Source: Gemmatimonadales bacterium (GTDB taxonomy: Bacteria; Gemmatimonadota; Gemmatimonadetes; Gemmatimonadales; GWC2-71-9). From it: a stretch of 64,000 bases of DNA. Positions 37,602 through 47,182 of this stretch are shown one piece after another (position 1 is the stretch's first letter; every line of letters begins with the position of its first letter). The notes under the pieces were generated by a model. That model did not search any database. It had not been told where the DNA came from and was given only the letters and a program-made list of their open reading frames with translations. Made by a program: the position numbers and the translations under genes. Location: positions 30,412-94,411 of the forward strand of contig JBDIWC010000009.1 in the NCBI GenBank assembly GCA_039794085.1. The letters are read 5' to 3'.

Positions 37602-40565
37602 TCAGAATCCCAGTGCAAGGTTGAAGAAGACGCTGCGGCTCGGCGGGAACGGGGCGACATCCAGATTGTTCCGGATCGCCTGGGACCCGAAGTTGGCCAC
37701 TTCGGGATCGAGTCCGCTGTAGTCGGTCCAGAGGATCAGATTCCGGCCGCTCAGGCTGACCCGGGCGGTACGGACGGCGCGTCCGAAAGCGGAGGCCACA
37801 AAGCCCTGCGGCAGATCGACTCCCACCGACAGTTCACGCATCTTGAGGAAGGTGGCATCCTCGATGTAGGGGGCGATGACCCCTGCATTGAAGCCCTGCA
37901 AACGCGTGGCGTGCGCGGCGGAGCCGAAATCGGCGGCATTCTGGGCGTCGTCATAGAGGAACTGGGTCAGGTTGATCACATCACCACCCTGCTGCCAATC
38001 CCAGACCATGCTGAAGTTGAACGACCCGATGGAGATGTCGTTGGAGAGGCCGACCCGGAAGTCATCGGCGGCATCGCCGATCTTGACCTGCGCGGAGCGG
38101 GTGCCGTCGGGGAGGAACTTGCGGCCCTGAATCTGGGTCACCGGCTGCCCCTCCTCCACGAAGGTGACGCCCAATCCGCCGAACCCGGACAGCGGGGGGC
38201 GGAAGGGTGCCACCGGAAGGTCGAGCACCTTGTTCCGGTTGAGCGTGAAGGTGGCGTTCGTGACCCAGTTGAACCGGCCCCGGGCCGGGGTCAGGCCGAG
38301 TCCGATCTCCACACCGCGGTTCCGGACCTTGCCACCGTTGAAGACCTCGGACGTGAATCCGGAGGATGGTGCGGGCGTCCGGTTGAGAAGAAGGTTGGTC
38401 GTGTTCCGGGTGTAGAAGGTCGCCTCGAGCTGGGCACGGTTGCCGAAGATGTTGGCGTCGAAGCCGGCCTCGAACTCCTTCAAACGCTCCGGCTCCACCC
38501 CGGGCGAACCGGCGGCGCCGGCCACGGTGAATCCGTTGGCCCCGCCGAACTGTGGGGTACCGAGATTGGTAAATTTCTGATTGAAGAGGGGCTGATTCCC
38601 GGTTTCACCGTAGGCGCCTCGGATCTTGACCTCCGCGCCATCCCCCAGAAGGCTGGGGAGCACGTTGAGGAACCGGTACGATGCGGACCCCTTGGGGAAG
38701 ACGAAGAACTTCTCGGTGTCCCCGTTCACGCTGCTCCGCTCCGCCCGGATGCCCCCCGTCACCAACAGCTTCTCTCCGAAGAAGAGGAGTTCCTCCTGGG
38801 CGTAGAGCGCCAGGGTCCGTTCCTTGGTGAACGTCTCCGCGGCCGTCAGGTTGGTTCCCTGATTGACGTTGGACTGGCCCGGAACGAGGTTGGTCGTGGT
38901 GATCCGGGTGGTCTTGAGTTGCCGTTCTTCGAGCTGCACGCCAAAGGCCGTGGTGGCCTGCCACTCGCCGGGGCGGATGGTGTGCACACCGTTGACGTTG
39001 AAGTTGTTCTGGCGGCTCGTGGCGCTCTGCTCCACGGCGGTTCCGGGAAGCGCCTGGATCCGTTCAAAGAAGAGTTCGTTGGGGGTGAAGACGTCGTCGG
39101 CCTGGTTGAAGACGTCGATCCCGCCCGCCGCGGTGAAGCGGAAGGAGCTCTTGTCAGTCGTGTAGGCATTCCAGTTCACGGTGGCGCCCCCGGTGAAGCG
39201 GTAGGTCTCCGCCTCATTCCGCGACAACCGATTGGTCTGGACCGGATTGGCTCCCGGCCCCTGGGTGCCCAGCGCCGGTCCCGTGAAGACCCCATCCACC
39301 GGGAGAAGAGACTGGAAGTTCGGCTGATAGGCCAGGGCATACCCGGAGGTTCCCCCGTTGTTTCCGTTGTTGGTGAACCCCCGCTGATGAAGGGAGCGGT
39401 TGAACACGCTGCTGACCTGGACCTCCACCTTCGGGCTCACCGTCTGATCGATGTTGACCCGGAGCCCCTGGCGGCTGAAGCCGGTGTTGTCCGCGATTCC
39501 CTCGTCCCGCTTCCAGGTGCCCGAGACGAAGAAGCGCGTGTTGTCGTCACCACCACTCACATCAGCCACGGTCTCGTAGCTCAGGTCATTTCGTCCGAAC
39601 ACCTGGTCGTAGAGGTCGAACTTCCGGGGGGTTCCGTTGGCGAAGAAGGGCCGGGCTCCCTCACCCCAGATCCCCACCGCCTCCTCCACATCACCCGCGC
39701 CGAAGGTCCGGCTCTCCAGATCCCGCTGCAGGTCGAAGAAGCCGAAGCGTTGCGACACATTGGTGCGGGTCCGTCCCCCCTGGCCCCGGATGGTCTTGAT
39801 CACGACCACGCCGTTGGAGGCCTTCGATCCATAGATCGAGGAGGCGGCGGCACCCTTCAGGATCTCGATGCTCGCGATGTCGGCGGGGTTGATGTCCGCC
39901 ACCCGGTTGGCCGGGTCGTCCTCCTGCACGCTGGCGCCCGCCACCGCGGCCGACCGTCCACCCAACACCCGGGCGTTGCTGTAGATGATGCCGTCAATGA
40001 CGTAGAGCGGATCCGACGCCCCCAGAATAGTGGTGTTGCCGCGGATCTGGAGCTGGATTCCGCCACCCGGCGCACCGGAGTTGGACTGCAGGTTGATCCC
40101 CGCCACCTTGCCTTGGAGCGCATTCTCGATGGTCGGGCTCGCCACCTTGGAGATCTCATCCCCACTCACCGTGGAGACCGAGGTGGAGAGGTTGCGGCGG
40201 TTGGTGGTCGTGGCCTGACCGGTCACGATCACCTCGTCGAGCTTGAAGACGTCCTCATCAAGCGCGATGGTCACCGTTGTCTGGGCTGCCCCGACGGTCA
40301 CCTCCTGCCGAGTGAATCCGATCGCGCGCACCATCAACCGAACCTCGCCGGCGGGAACCTCGATCCGGAAGGTTCCATCGACCCCGGTTCGCGCCGTGGT
40401 CAACGTCCCCACGAGGCTCACCACGGCTTCGGCGATCGGTTGCTGATTTCCTGCGGATCGCGTGACCGTGCCGGTCACCGTCCGGCCCTGGGCGAAAGCC
40501 AGCGACGGCCAGACGACCAGTCCGGCCATCATCAAGCCACGCCAAAAGTTGCGATAGCGTCCCAC
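37602..40565 (-). CDS. SusC/RagA family TonB-linked outer membrane transporter
   Basis: SGAPGGG, PLYVIDG, INPADIASIEILKGAAASSIYGSKASNGVVVIKT, C-terminal Phe. GTG start after AGGAGG. Confidence 0.93.
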   Translation of the reverse strand: MGRYRNFWRGLMMAGLVVWPSLAFAQGRTVTGTVTRSAGNQQPIAEAVVSLVGTLTTARTGVDGTFRIEVPAGEVRLMVRAIGFTRQEVTVGAAQTTVTIALDEDVFKLDEVIVTGQATTTNRRNLSTSVSTVSGDEISKVASPTIENALQGKVAGINLQSNSGAPGGGIQLQIRGNTTILGASDPLYVIDGIIYSNARVLGGRSAAVAGASVQEDDPANRVADINPADIASIEILKGAAASSIYGSKASNGVVVIKTIRGQGGRTRTNVSQRFGFFDLQRDLESRTFGAGDVEEAVGIWGEGARPFFANGTPRKFDLYDQVFGRNDLSYETVADVSGGDDNTRFFVSGTWKRDEGIADNTGFSRQGLRVNIDQTVSPKVEVQVSSVFNRSLHQRGFTNNGNNGGTSGYALAYQPNFQSLLPVDGVFTGPALGTQGPGANPVQTNRLSRNEAETYRFTGGATVNWNAYTTDKSSFRFTAAGGIDVFNQADDVFTPNELFFERIQALPGTAVEQSATSRQNNFNVNGVHTIRPGEWQATTAFGVQLEERQLKTTRITTTNLVPGQSNVNQGTNLTAAETFTKERTLALYAQEELLFFGEKLLVTGGIRAERSSVNGDTEKFFVFPKGSASYRFLNVLPSLLGDGAEVKIRGAYGETGNQPLFNQKFTNLGTPQFGGANGFTVAGAAGSPGVEPERLKEFEAGFDANIFGNRAQLEATFYTRNTTNLLLNRTPAPSSGFTSEVFNGGKVRNRGVEIGLGLTPARGRFNWVTNATFTLNRNKVLDLPVAPFRPPLSGFGGLGVTFVEEGQPVTQIQGRKFLPDGTRSAQVKIGDAADDFRVGLSNDISIGSFNFSMVWDWQQGGDVINLTQFLYDDAQNAADFGSAAHATRLQGFNAGVIAPYIEDATFLKMRELSVGVDLPQGFVASAFGRAVRTARVSLSGRNLILWTDYSGLDPEVANFGSQAIRNNLDVAPFPPSRSVFFNLALGF

Positions 40566-40673
40566 GACTCCTCCTGATGGTGAGTGTATTCGAGGCAAGC
40601 GCCTTTCACTGTCGAAATGGGCATGCCCGGCGCAAGTGGCATGTCATGCTGTAAACACGTCTTGTCAAGATGA

Positions 40674-40689
40674 AGCAACAACGGTACCA
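40674..40689 (-). promoter_or_regulatory. Sigma54 (-24/-12) promoter of susCD-1
   Basis: Minus strand TGGTACCGTTGTTGCT, GG-N10-GC, one mismatch to TGGCAC-N5-TTGC. Confidence 0.75.
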
Positions 40690-40753
40690 CCGTGACGAAT
40701 GCATTCAACACATTGTGCGACAACAAGATGGGGTATATATGCCCGGTTGCGCG

Positions 40754-40803
40754 GTGACAAAACGACACACCGAATAAGTGAAACAACTGTGTCGTTATGA
40801 CAC
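40754..40803. promoter_or_regulatory. Paired 15-bp palindromes (putative bEBP enhancer) upstream of susCD-1
   Basis: GTGACAAAACGACAC (40754-40768) and GTGTCGTTATGACAC (40789-40803), starts 35 bp apart. Confidence 0.7.
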
Positions 40804-40874
40804 GATCATGTCAGTGAAACGACCAGTATCTTCAGCGATGTCCTGGATGGGTGGATGCTGGTGTCCCTGTGCGG

Positions 40875-42155
40875 TCAGCGACGATCTCCAGTTGACCTCT
40901 CCAATGTCGTTCCTCCGACAATGGTACGATGCGAGGGCCCGTTGCGGAAGAGGTACAACCAATCACGAACGCCTTCCGCCTCGATCGCAACCAGGTTGGC
41001 CCGCTTTCCGACCTCCACAGAGCCGACCTCATCTTCCAGCCCCAGAGCCCGCGCCCCTCCGATCGTTCCCCCCCGGAGGGACTCGGCGGGGGTCATGCGC
41101 TGGAACACGCACGCGAGGTAGAGCGCCATGGGAAGATCGGGAACGGGAGCCGAACCGGGGTTGAAATCCGTGGCCACCGCGACGGACACCCTACGATCGA
41201 GGAGAGCCCTCGCGGGGAGCGGGGGCTGGTTCAGGGTGAGGCTCGCCACCGGAAGCGAGACTGCGGTGACTCCGCCACGGGCGAGAGCATCGATCCCCGC
41301 CGGAGAGATGTGCTCCAGATGATCCGCGGAGATCGCCCCCAACTCGGCGGCGAGTTCCGCCCCCCCTCCGGGACCGAGCTGATCCACGTGGAGCTTGCCG
41401 CGAAGCCCGAGCCGGGCACCCGCCGCCAGCACCGCCCGAGCGTGATCCGGGGTAAACGCTCCCTCTTCTACGAACACGTCAACGAAACGTGCGAGCCTCC
41501 TCCGGGCCACCTCCGGGAGCATCTCCTCCGCCACCACCCTCACGTACTCGTCCTTTCGTCCGGCATACTCCGGAGGCACGGTGTGCGCCCCCAGAAAGGT
41601 CGGGACAACCTGAATCGGGGACTCCCGGTCCAGCCGGGCATACACCTCCAGCAGCCGGATCTCCGTCTCCAGATCGAGGCCGTATCCGCTCTTCGCCTCC
41701 ACCGTGGTCACCCCCCGGGAAACCATGAAGGCCAGGTGCGACCGCGCCCGGCTGAGGAGATGGTTCGTATCCGCGTCCCGGGTCGCCCGCACCGTGGAGA
41801 GGATGCCCCCACCCGCGGCTGCAATATCCTGATATCGCACTCCCCGGAGCCGAGCCTCGAACTCCTCGGCGCGGGATCCCCCAAAGGCCAGATGGGTATG
41901 CGAATCGACCAGGCCGGGGATGACGAGCCGGCCTCCGGCATCCAGAGAGGGCCACCCCGTCATCGTCTGCGGAAGTTCCCGTTCGGGCCCCACCCAGGCG
42001 ATCGTTTCCCCGATCCAGGCCACCGCCGCGCCGCGAATCTCCCCCGCATCATCGGATGGAAGCGACCGGGCGCAGGTGGCGAGCGAACCGATGTTGCGGA
42101 GGACCGTTCCCTGGTCCGGCCCCCTCCCCGCAGACCCGGTGGATGCCACCCTCAC
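40875..42155 (-). CDS. hutI: Imidazolonepropionase
   Basis: [50 protein letters not shown] overlap with hutU. Confidence 0.94.
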   Translation of the reverse strand: MRVASTGSAGRGPDQGTVLRNIGSLATCARSLPSDDAGEIRGAAVAWIGETIAWVGPERELPQTMTGWPSLDAGGRLVIPGLVDSHTHLAFGGSRAEEFEARLRGVRYQDIAAAGGGILSTVRATRDADTNHLLSRARSHLAFMVSRGVTTVEAKSGYGLDLETEIRLLEVYARLDRESPIQVVPTFLGAHTVPPEYAGRKDEYVRVVAEEMLPEVARRRLARFVDVFVEEGAFTPDHARAVLAAGARLGLRGKLHVDQLGPGGGAELAAELGAISADHLEHISPAGIDALARGGVTAVSLPVASLTLNQPPLPARALLDRRVSVAVATDFNPGSAPVPDLPMALYLACVFQRMTPAESLRGGTIGGARALGLEDEVGSVEVGKRANLVAIEAEGVRDWLYLFRNGPSHRTIVGGTTLERSTGDRR

Positions 42156-43825
42156 TCCGTCACCATCGGGAGATCGACCCCGCGCTCCCGCGCCGTTTCG
42201 ATGGCGAGCGGATACCCGGCGTCGGCATGCCGCATGACCCCAGTGCCGGGGTCCGCGGTGAGTACCCGGGCCAGACGCCGGTCCCCCGCGTCGGTTCCAT
42301 CGGCCACGATCACCATGCCGGCGTGAATGGAGTAGCCGATCCCCACCCCTCCCCCATGATGCAACGACACCCAGCTTGCGCCGCACGCGGTGTTGAGCAT
42401 GGCATTGAGAAGGGGCCAGTCGGCGATCGCATCCGACCCGTCCCGCATCCCCTCCGTTTCCCGGTTGGGCGACGCCACCGATCCGGTATCGAGATGGTCC
42501 CGGCCGATCACCAGCGGGGCCTTCACCTTCCCGTGCCGGACCAGCCAGTTGAACCGGGCGCCGAGTTCCGCCCGTTCCCCGTACTCCAGCCAGCAGATCC
42601 GGGCGGGCAACCCCTGATAGTGCACCTTGGCTCGCGCCTGGGCGATCCAGCGATGGAGGGCTTCCTTCTCCGGAAAGGTCTCGAGCACCATGTCGTCGGT
42701 CGCGGCGATATCGTCCGGGTCCCCGGAGAGAGCCACCCACCGGAAGGGTCCCGCACCCCGGCAGAAGAGCGGCCGGATGAACTCCGGTACGAACCCCGGG
42801 ATCTCGAAGGCCCTCCGGAATCCGCGGTGGTCCGCCACCTGGCCGCGCAGATTGTTGCCATAGTCGAACACCACGGCCCCCCGCGCCTGCAGGGCGAGCA
42901 TCGCCTCAACGTGGGTCACCATTCCGTCGAGCACCCGCTGTTCGTAGCCGACGGGATCGTGTTCCCGCAGGGCCGAGGCCTCGTCGAGGTTGTATCCGGG
43001 GGGGATGTAGCCGACCCGAAGGTCGTGCGCCGAGGTCTGGTCGGTCACCACATCGATCGGAACCTGGCGGCGCACCATCTCGGGTAGCACCTCGGCGATG
43101 TTGCCGACCAATCCCACGGACAGGGGTACGGCACGGTCCCGTGCCTCCGTCACCAGATCCACCGCCTCGTCGAGCGAGGTCACCATCCGGTCACAGTAGC
43201 CCGTCTCCAGCCGTTTCCGGATCCGGGCGGGATCCACATCCACTCCCAGAAACGCGGCCCCGTTCATGGTGGCGGCGAGCGGCTGGGCGCCTCCCATGCC
43301 GCCGAGTCCTCCGGTCACCACCAGGCGACCGGCGAGCGTCCCGCCAAAGTGTTGCCGGGCGCACTCGGCGAAGGTCTCGTAGGTGCCCTGCAGAATCCCC
43401 TGGGTTCCAATGTAGATCCAGGAGCCGGCGGTCATCTGCCCGTACATCGTGAGTCCCAGGGCATCGAGGCGACGGAACTCGTCCGCGGTGGCCCAGCGCG
43501 GCACCAGGTGCGCGTTGGCGATCAGCACTCGCGGCGCCTCGTCGTGGGTGCGGAACACGCCCACCGGCTTCCCGCTCTGAACCAGAAGCGTTTCATCATT
43601 GCCGAGCCGCCCCAGGGTGCGCACAATGGCGGCATAGGCCTCCCAGTTGCGGGCCGCCTTCCCTCCCCCGCCATACACGATCAGATCCTCGGGACGTTCC
43701 GCCACCTCGGGATCGAGGTTGTTCATCAGCATCCGGAGGGCCGCCTCCTGGTGCCACCCCCGGCACCGGAGGGTGGTGCCACGCGGGGCCCGGATGGAGG
43801 TCGGAATGACGGGAGAGGGGTTCAT
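42152..43825 (-). CDS. hutU: Urocanate hydratase
   Basis: [61 protein letters not shown]. Confidence 0.97.
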   Translation of the reverse strand: MNPSPVIPTSIRAPRGTTLRCRGWHQEAALRMLMNNLDPEVAERPEDLIVYGGGGKAARNWEAYAAIVRTLGRLGNDETLLVQSGKPVGVFRTHDEAPRVLIANAHLVPRWATADEFRRLDALGLTMYGQMTAGSWIYIGTQGILQGTYETFAECARQHFGGTLAGRLVVTGGLGGMGGAQPLAATMNGAAFLGVDVDPARIRKRLETGYCDRMVTSLDEAVDLVTEARDRAVPLSVGLVGNIAEVLPEMVRRQVPIDVVTDQTSAHDLRVGYIPPGYNLDEASALREHDPVGYEQRVLDGMVTHVEAMLALQARGAVVFDYGNNLRGQVADHRGFRRAFEIPGFVPEFIRPLFCRGAGPFRWVALSGDPDDIAATDDMVLETFPEKEALHRWIAQARAKVHYQGLPARICWLEYGERAELGARFNWLVRHGKVKAPLVIGRDHLDTGSVASPNRETEGMRDGSDAIADWPLLNAMLNTACGASWVSLHHGGGVGIGYSIHAGMVIVADGTDAGDRRLARVLTADPGTGVMRHADAGYPLAIETARERGVDLPMVTE

Positions 43826-43929
43826 GACAGACTCCGGGAAAGACAGGCCGGGCCAGTGCGAGGGCGGTCGGGAGGGTATCATAAACCTCATGACAACCTT
43901 TTGCCGTCCGGCGCCATCGAACCGGTGTC

Positions 43930-44523
43930 ATGACAGGGGCCGAACCGGCTGTGGCGACGAGACCTGACCGGGACAGGACCCCACCGCGGGGCGGCGGGGA
44001 CCCGCCGGAGGCCCACCTGGTTGCCCAGGCCGCGCAGGGGAGCCGGGAGGCATTTGAAGCGTTGTACCGCCGGCACGTGGACCGGATCCATGGACTCGTT
44101 TTTCGGTGGGTCGGGCCCGAGGAGGCTGCGGAGGTGACCCAGGACGTGTTTGTCCGCGCGTGGCAAAAACTCGGGACCTTTCGAGGCGACTCCGCCTTCG
44201 GCACCTGGCTTCACCGGGTGGCGATCCGGGTGATCCTCGGCCAGCGGAAGACGATGGGCAAGGCCCGGGATCGGTTCAGTACCGATGACACGGACCTGGA
44301 CCGGTCCTCGGCGCCTCCCGACACGCCGGACCATCGCATAGATCTGGAGAAGGGGATCGCCGCCCTGCCCGAGGGGGCCCGACGAGTGCTTCTGCTGCAC
44401 GATGTGGAAGGTTACCGCCATGAGGAGATCGGAACGATGCTGGGCATTTCACCGGGTACCTCGAAGTCGCAGCTGCATCGTGCCCGGATGGCTTTGCGTG
44501 CCTGCCTGGGAGGTGTGACATGA
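43930..44523 (+). CDS. ECF RNA polymerase sigma factor
   Basis: AEVTQDVFVRAW, FRGDSAFGTWLHR, GYRHEEIG...GTSKSQLHRAR. Confidence 0.93.
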   Translation: MTGAEPAVATRPDRDRTPPRGGGDPPEAHLVAQAAQGSREAFEALYRRHVDRIHGLVFRWVGPEEAAEVTQDVFVRAWQKLGTFRGDSAFGTWLHRVAIRVILGQRKTMGKARDRFSTDDTDLDRSSAPPDTPDHRIDLEKGIAALPEGARRVLLLHDVEGYRHEEIGTMLGISPGTSKSQLHRARMALRACLGGVT

Positions 44524-45194
44524 CCGACTCGCTGCACTGGTCCGACCGGTTGTCGGAATACGCCGATGGGGATCTCTCCCCGGCGGAAGAGGCGGCCTGC
44601 GCCGCGCACCTCGAGACCTGCCCCGTGTGCCGTGACACACTCGCCGCGCTCGCCCAAGTCCGGACCGCGGTGGCTGGACTGCCGGGTATCCCTCCTTCCG
44701 CCGACCTCTGGTCCGGCATCGCCCAGCGTCTGGACCAGGGGGCATCTTCCCTGCGGCCCGTGCGCGGTACCGGGCCCCGGCGGATCGTCGTCTCGGTGCG
44801 GGGCCTGGCGGCAGCGGCCGTGCTGGTGGCGGTGGCCTCGGGATCTCTGGTCTGGTTCGCCCTCCGACCGCTGTCACCGGGTGGCGACTCTCCCGGGGAC
44901 CCTGCCCCGGCCCCGGTCATCGCGCTCGCGGCCCTCGATGCATCGATGGATCCGATCATCGCCGACCTCGAGCAGCTCCTCCGCGAACGCGCGGCATCGC
45001 TCGACCCGGCCGTTCTCCGGGGCATCGAAACAGACCTGCGGGCGATCAATCAGTCGCTGGCGAACATCCGGTCGGCCCTCGCCGAAGATCCCTCCAACGG
45101 GTCTCTCAATCGCCAGTTGGCCCGCCTCCTCCGGGCCAAGGTGGACCGGCTGCGCGACGCGGCCCTCGAGCCCGGTGGACGGGGGGCGGCGTGA
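44520..45194 (+). CDS. Zinc-finger (zf-HC2/ZAS) membrane anti-sigma factor
   Basis: HLETCPVC (HxxxCxxC) followed by one TM segment; ATGA overlap with the ECF gene. Confidence 0.88.
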   Translation: MTDSLHWSDRLSEYADGDLSPAEEAACAAHLETCPVCRDTLAALAQVRTAVAGLPGIPPSADLWSGIAQRLDQGASSLRPVRGTGPRRIVVSVRGLAAAAVLVAVASGSLVWFALRPLSPGGDSPGDPAPAPVIALAALDASMDPIIADLEQLLRERAASLDPAVLRGIETDLRAINQSLANIRSALAEDPSNGSLNRQLARLLRAKVDRLRDAALEPGGRGAA

Positions 45195-46075
45195 GCATTC
45201 TCCGAGGCGTCTCCCGGAGGGCTCCGCGTGCGGGCCTTGTGCTGGCCCTGGCTTTCCTCATCCCCGGTCCGGTGACGGCCCAACGGGAGGTGGCGGTGGA
45301 GCGCGGCGCCCGCCTGGCGCTGTCGTCCCTGTCCGGGACTCTGGTCATCGAGGGATGGGATCGCGACGCGGTGCGGGTGGAGCGGGGCGAGGGGACCGTG
45401 CGACAGGGCGGGCCGCGCGGAATCGTTCGCGTGGAACCGGATCGTCGCCGGGGACAAGGATCGTTTCATCTTCTGGTTCCCGCCTGGATGGCAGTCACCG
45501 TGGATGGCGTCAACCTGGAGGTCGCGGTGCGCGGAGTGATGGCACCGATCCGGGTGGAGACAGTCAACGGAGACGTTCGGGTCGAGGGAGGGAGAGAGGA
45601 GATCCGCCTCGAGAGCGTGTCGGGGAGCGTGTCCCTGGAGCAGAGCCGGGGCCGCATTGTCCTCGAATCGGTGCATGGCAACCTCACGGGCCATGATCTG
45701 GCGGGCGAGGTTCGCGCCGAAACCACCAACGGGTCGGTTCGGTTCCGCGATGCCGCCCTCCAGACGCTGGATGCTCGCAGCGTGAATGGTGACCTCCTGT
45801 GGGAAGGAGCCCCGCTCGCCAATGGCCGGTATCTCCTCGACACTCACAATGGATCGGTGCGGCTTCGTCTTCCCGCCCCGGTCAGCGCGGTGGTCACGGC
45901 CACGACATTCCATGGGGACCTTCGCAGCGATTTCCCGGTCCGCACCGCGCCGGGCGGACCGGGTCGCACCATCCGGTTCACCCTCGGCCGCGGCGGTCCC
46001 ACGCGGATCGACATCACGACGTTCCAGGGGGAGATCGTGCTGGAGCGCATGCCCGCATCTCCGCCCCGGCGATGA
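45191..46075 (+). CDS. DUF4097 family beta-strand repeat protein
   Basis: Signal peptide; repeats ETVNGDV, ESVSGSV, ETTNGSV, RSVNGDL. Confidence 0.82.
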   Translation: MSILRGVSRRAPRAGLVLALAFLIPGPVTAQREVAVERGARLALSSLSGTLVIEGWDRDAVRVERGEGTVRQGGPRGIVRVEPDRRRGQGSFHLLVPAWMAVTVDGVNLEVAVRGVMAPIRVETVNGDVRVEGGREEIRLESVSGSVSLEQSRGRIVLESVHGNLTGHDLAGEVRAETTNGSVRFRDAALQTLDARSVNGDLLWEGAPLANGRYLLDTHNGSVRLRLPAPVSAVVTATTFHGDLRSDFPVRTAPGGPGRTIRFTLGRGGPTRIDITTFQGEIVLERMPASPPRR

Positions 46076-46114
46076 CTCCCTTTCCCTCATGTTTTCCTCT
46101 TCAAGGATGAAACG

Positions 46115-46891
46115 ATGCGTGTCCTGATGACCTTCGCCGCGCTCGCCCTGGGGACCACAACCCTGGCCGCGCAGCAAACCGAACGGTTCGATTGGAGCGG
46201 GGCCGTGGCCCGCGGCCGGACCCTCGAGATCGTGGGTGTGAACGGCGACATCACCGTCACCCGCGGGAGCGGAAACGCCGTGGTCCGGGCCGACAAGCGG
46301 GGGCGCCGAAGCAATCCGGCGGACGTGCGGGTCGAGGTGGTCGAGCATGGAGACGGGGTGACGATCTGCGCCCTCTACCCCTCGGATGAGCCGGGTCGGC
46401 CGAATGAATGCCGCCCCGGGGGAAAGGGGCGAAACAACAGCAAGAACAATGACGTCCGGGTCGACTTCACGGTGGAGGTGCCGGCCGGAGTTCACGTGGC
46501 CCTGCGAACCGTGAATGGAGACGTGGACGCGCGGGACGTGGAGGGAAACATGGTGGCCTCCACCGTGAACGGGGAAATCGATGTCTCGGGATCGGGACAT
46601 GCACAGGCGAGCACCGTCAATGGATCGATCCGGGTCGGCATGGGCCGGTCCGACTGGAGCGGGGAGGCCTCGTTCAGCACCGTGAACGGGAGCATCACTC
46701 TGGAGATCACCGGCGATGCGAGCTTCGATCTCGTCGCCACCACGGTGAACGGGGCGATCCAGAGCGACTTCCCGGTCACGATGACAGGGCGGTTCGGCCC
46801 TCGCCGGGTGACGGGAACGGTGGGGAGCGGGGGACGGGACCTGAAGCTCTCCACTGTGAACGGGGGGATCACGTTGCGCAAGAAACCCTAG
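46115..46891 (+). CDS. DUF4097 family beta-strand repeat protein
   Basis: Signal peptide; multiple (S/T)TVNG(D/S/E)(I/V) repeats. Confidence 0.85.
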   Translation: MRVLMTFAALALGTTTLAAQQTERFDWSGAVARGRTLEIVGVNGDITVTRGSGNAVVRADKRGRRSNPADVRVEVVEHGDGVTICALYPSDEPGRPNECRPGGKGRNNSKNNDVRVDFTVEVPAGVHVALRTVNGDVDARDVEGNMVASTVNGEIDVSGSGHAQASTVNGSIRVGMGRSDWSGEASFSTVNGSITLEITGDASFDLVATTVNGAIQSDFPVTMTGRFGPRRVTGTVGSGGRDLKLSTVNGGITLRKKP

Positions 46892-46899
46892 CACTGCCG

Positions 46900-47016
46900 G
46901 GATTCCGTGGGTGCGCCGGGATCCGTGGGTGCGCCGCTTGCGGCGCACCCAGTCCGACTCCCCTGCTCCATGGTGCGCCGCAAGCGGCGCACCCACGCGG
47001 CGCACCCACAGGATCC
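46900..47016. repeat. REP doublet (REPIN-like, GTGG/GTAG family)
   Basis: GTGGGTGCGCCGCTTGCGGCGCACCC (46925-46950) and inverted GGTGCGCCGCAAGCGGCGCACCCAC (46972-46996), with half copies at 46907-46918 and 46998-47009. Confidence 0.8.
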
Positions 47017-47062
47017 TGCCACCGATCCTCCCACCGGGACCGTGAAGACCCTCCGTTATCAC

Positions 47063-47097
47063 CTTCGAACTTCCAACTTCACACTTCAAACTTCCCC
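47063..47097. repeat. Heptamer tandem repeat (CTTCnnA)4 + CTTCCCC
   Basis: CTTCGAA CTTCCAA CTTCACA CTTCAAA CTTCCCC. Confidence 0.75.
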
Positions 47098-47182
47098 CGC
47101 GGTTATTTTGCTCCCTTCCTGCCCGCGTGCACCATGACAGCGGGCCGCCGTTGTCCTGCCACTGTGGAGCCGGTCCCGTCTC

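Noticed and set aside
43891..43921. ECF autoregulatory promoter (AAC...CATC/CGAA)
   Set aside because: Motifs too short and spacing ambiguous to support without a group consensus.
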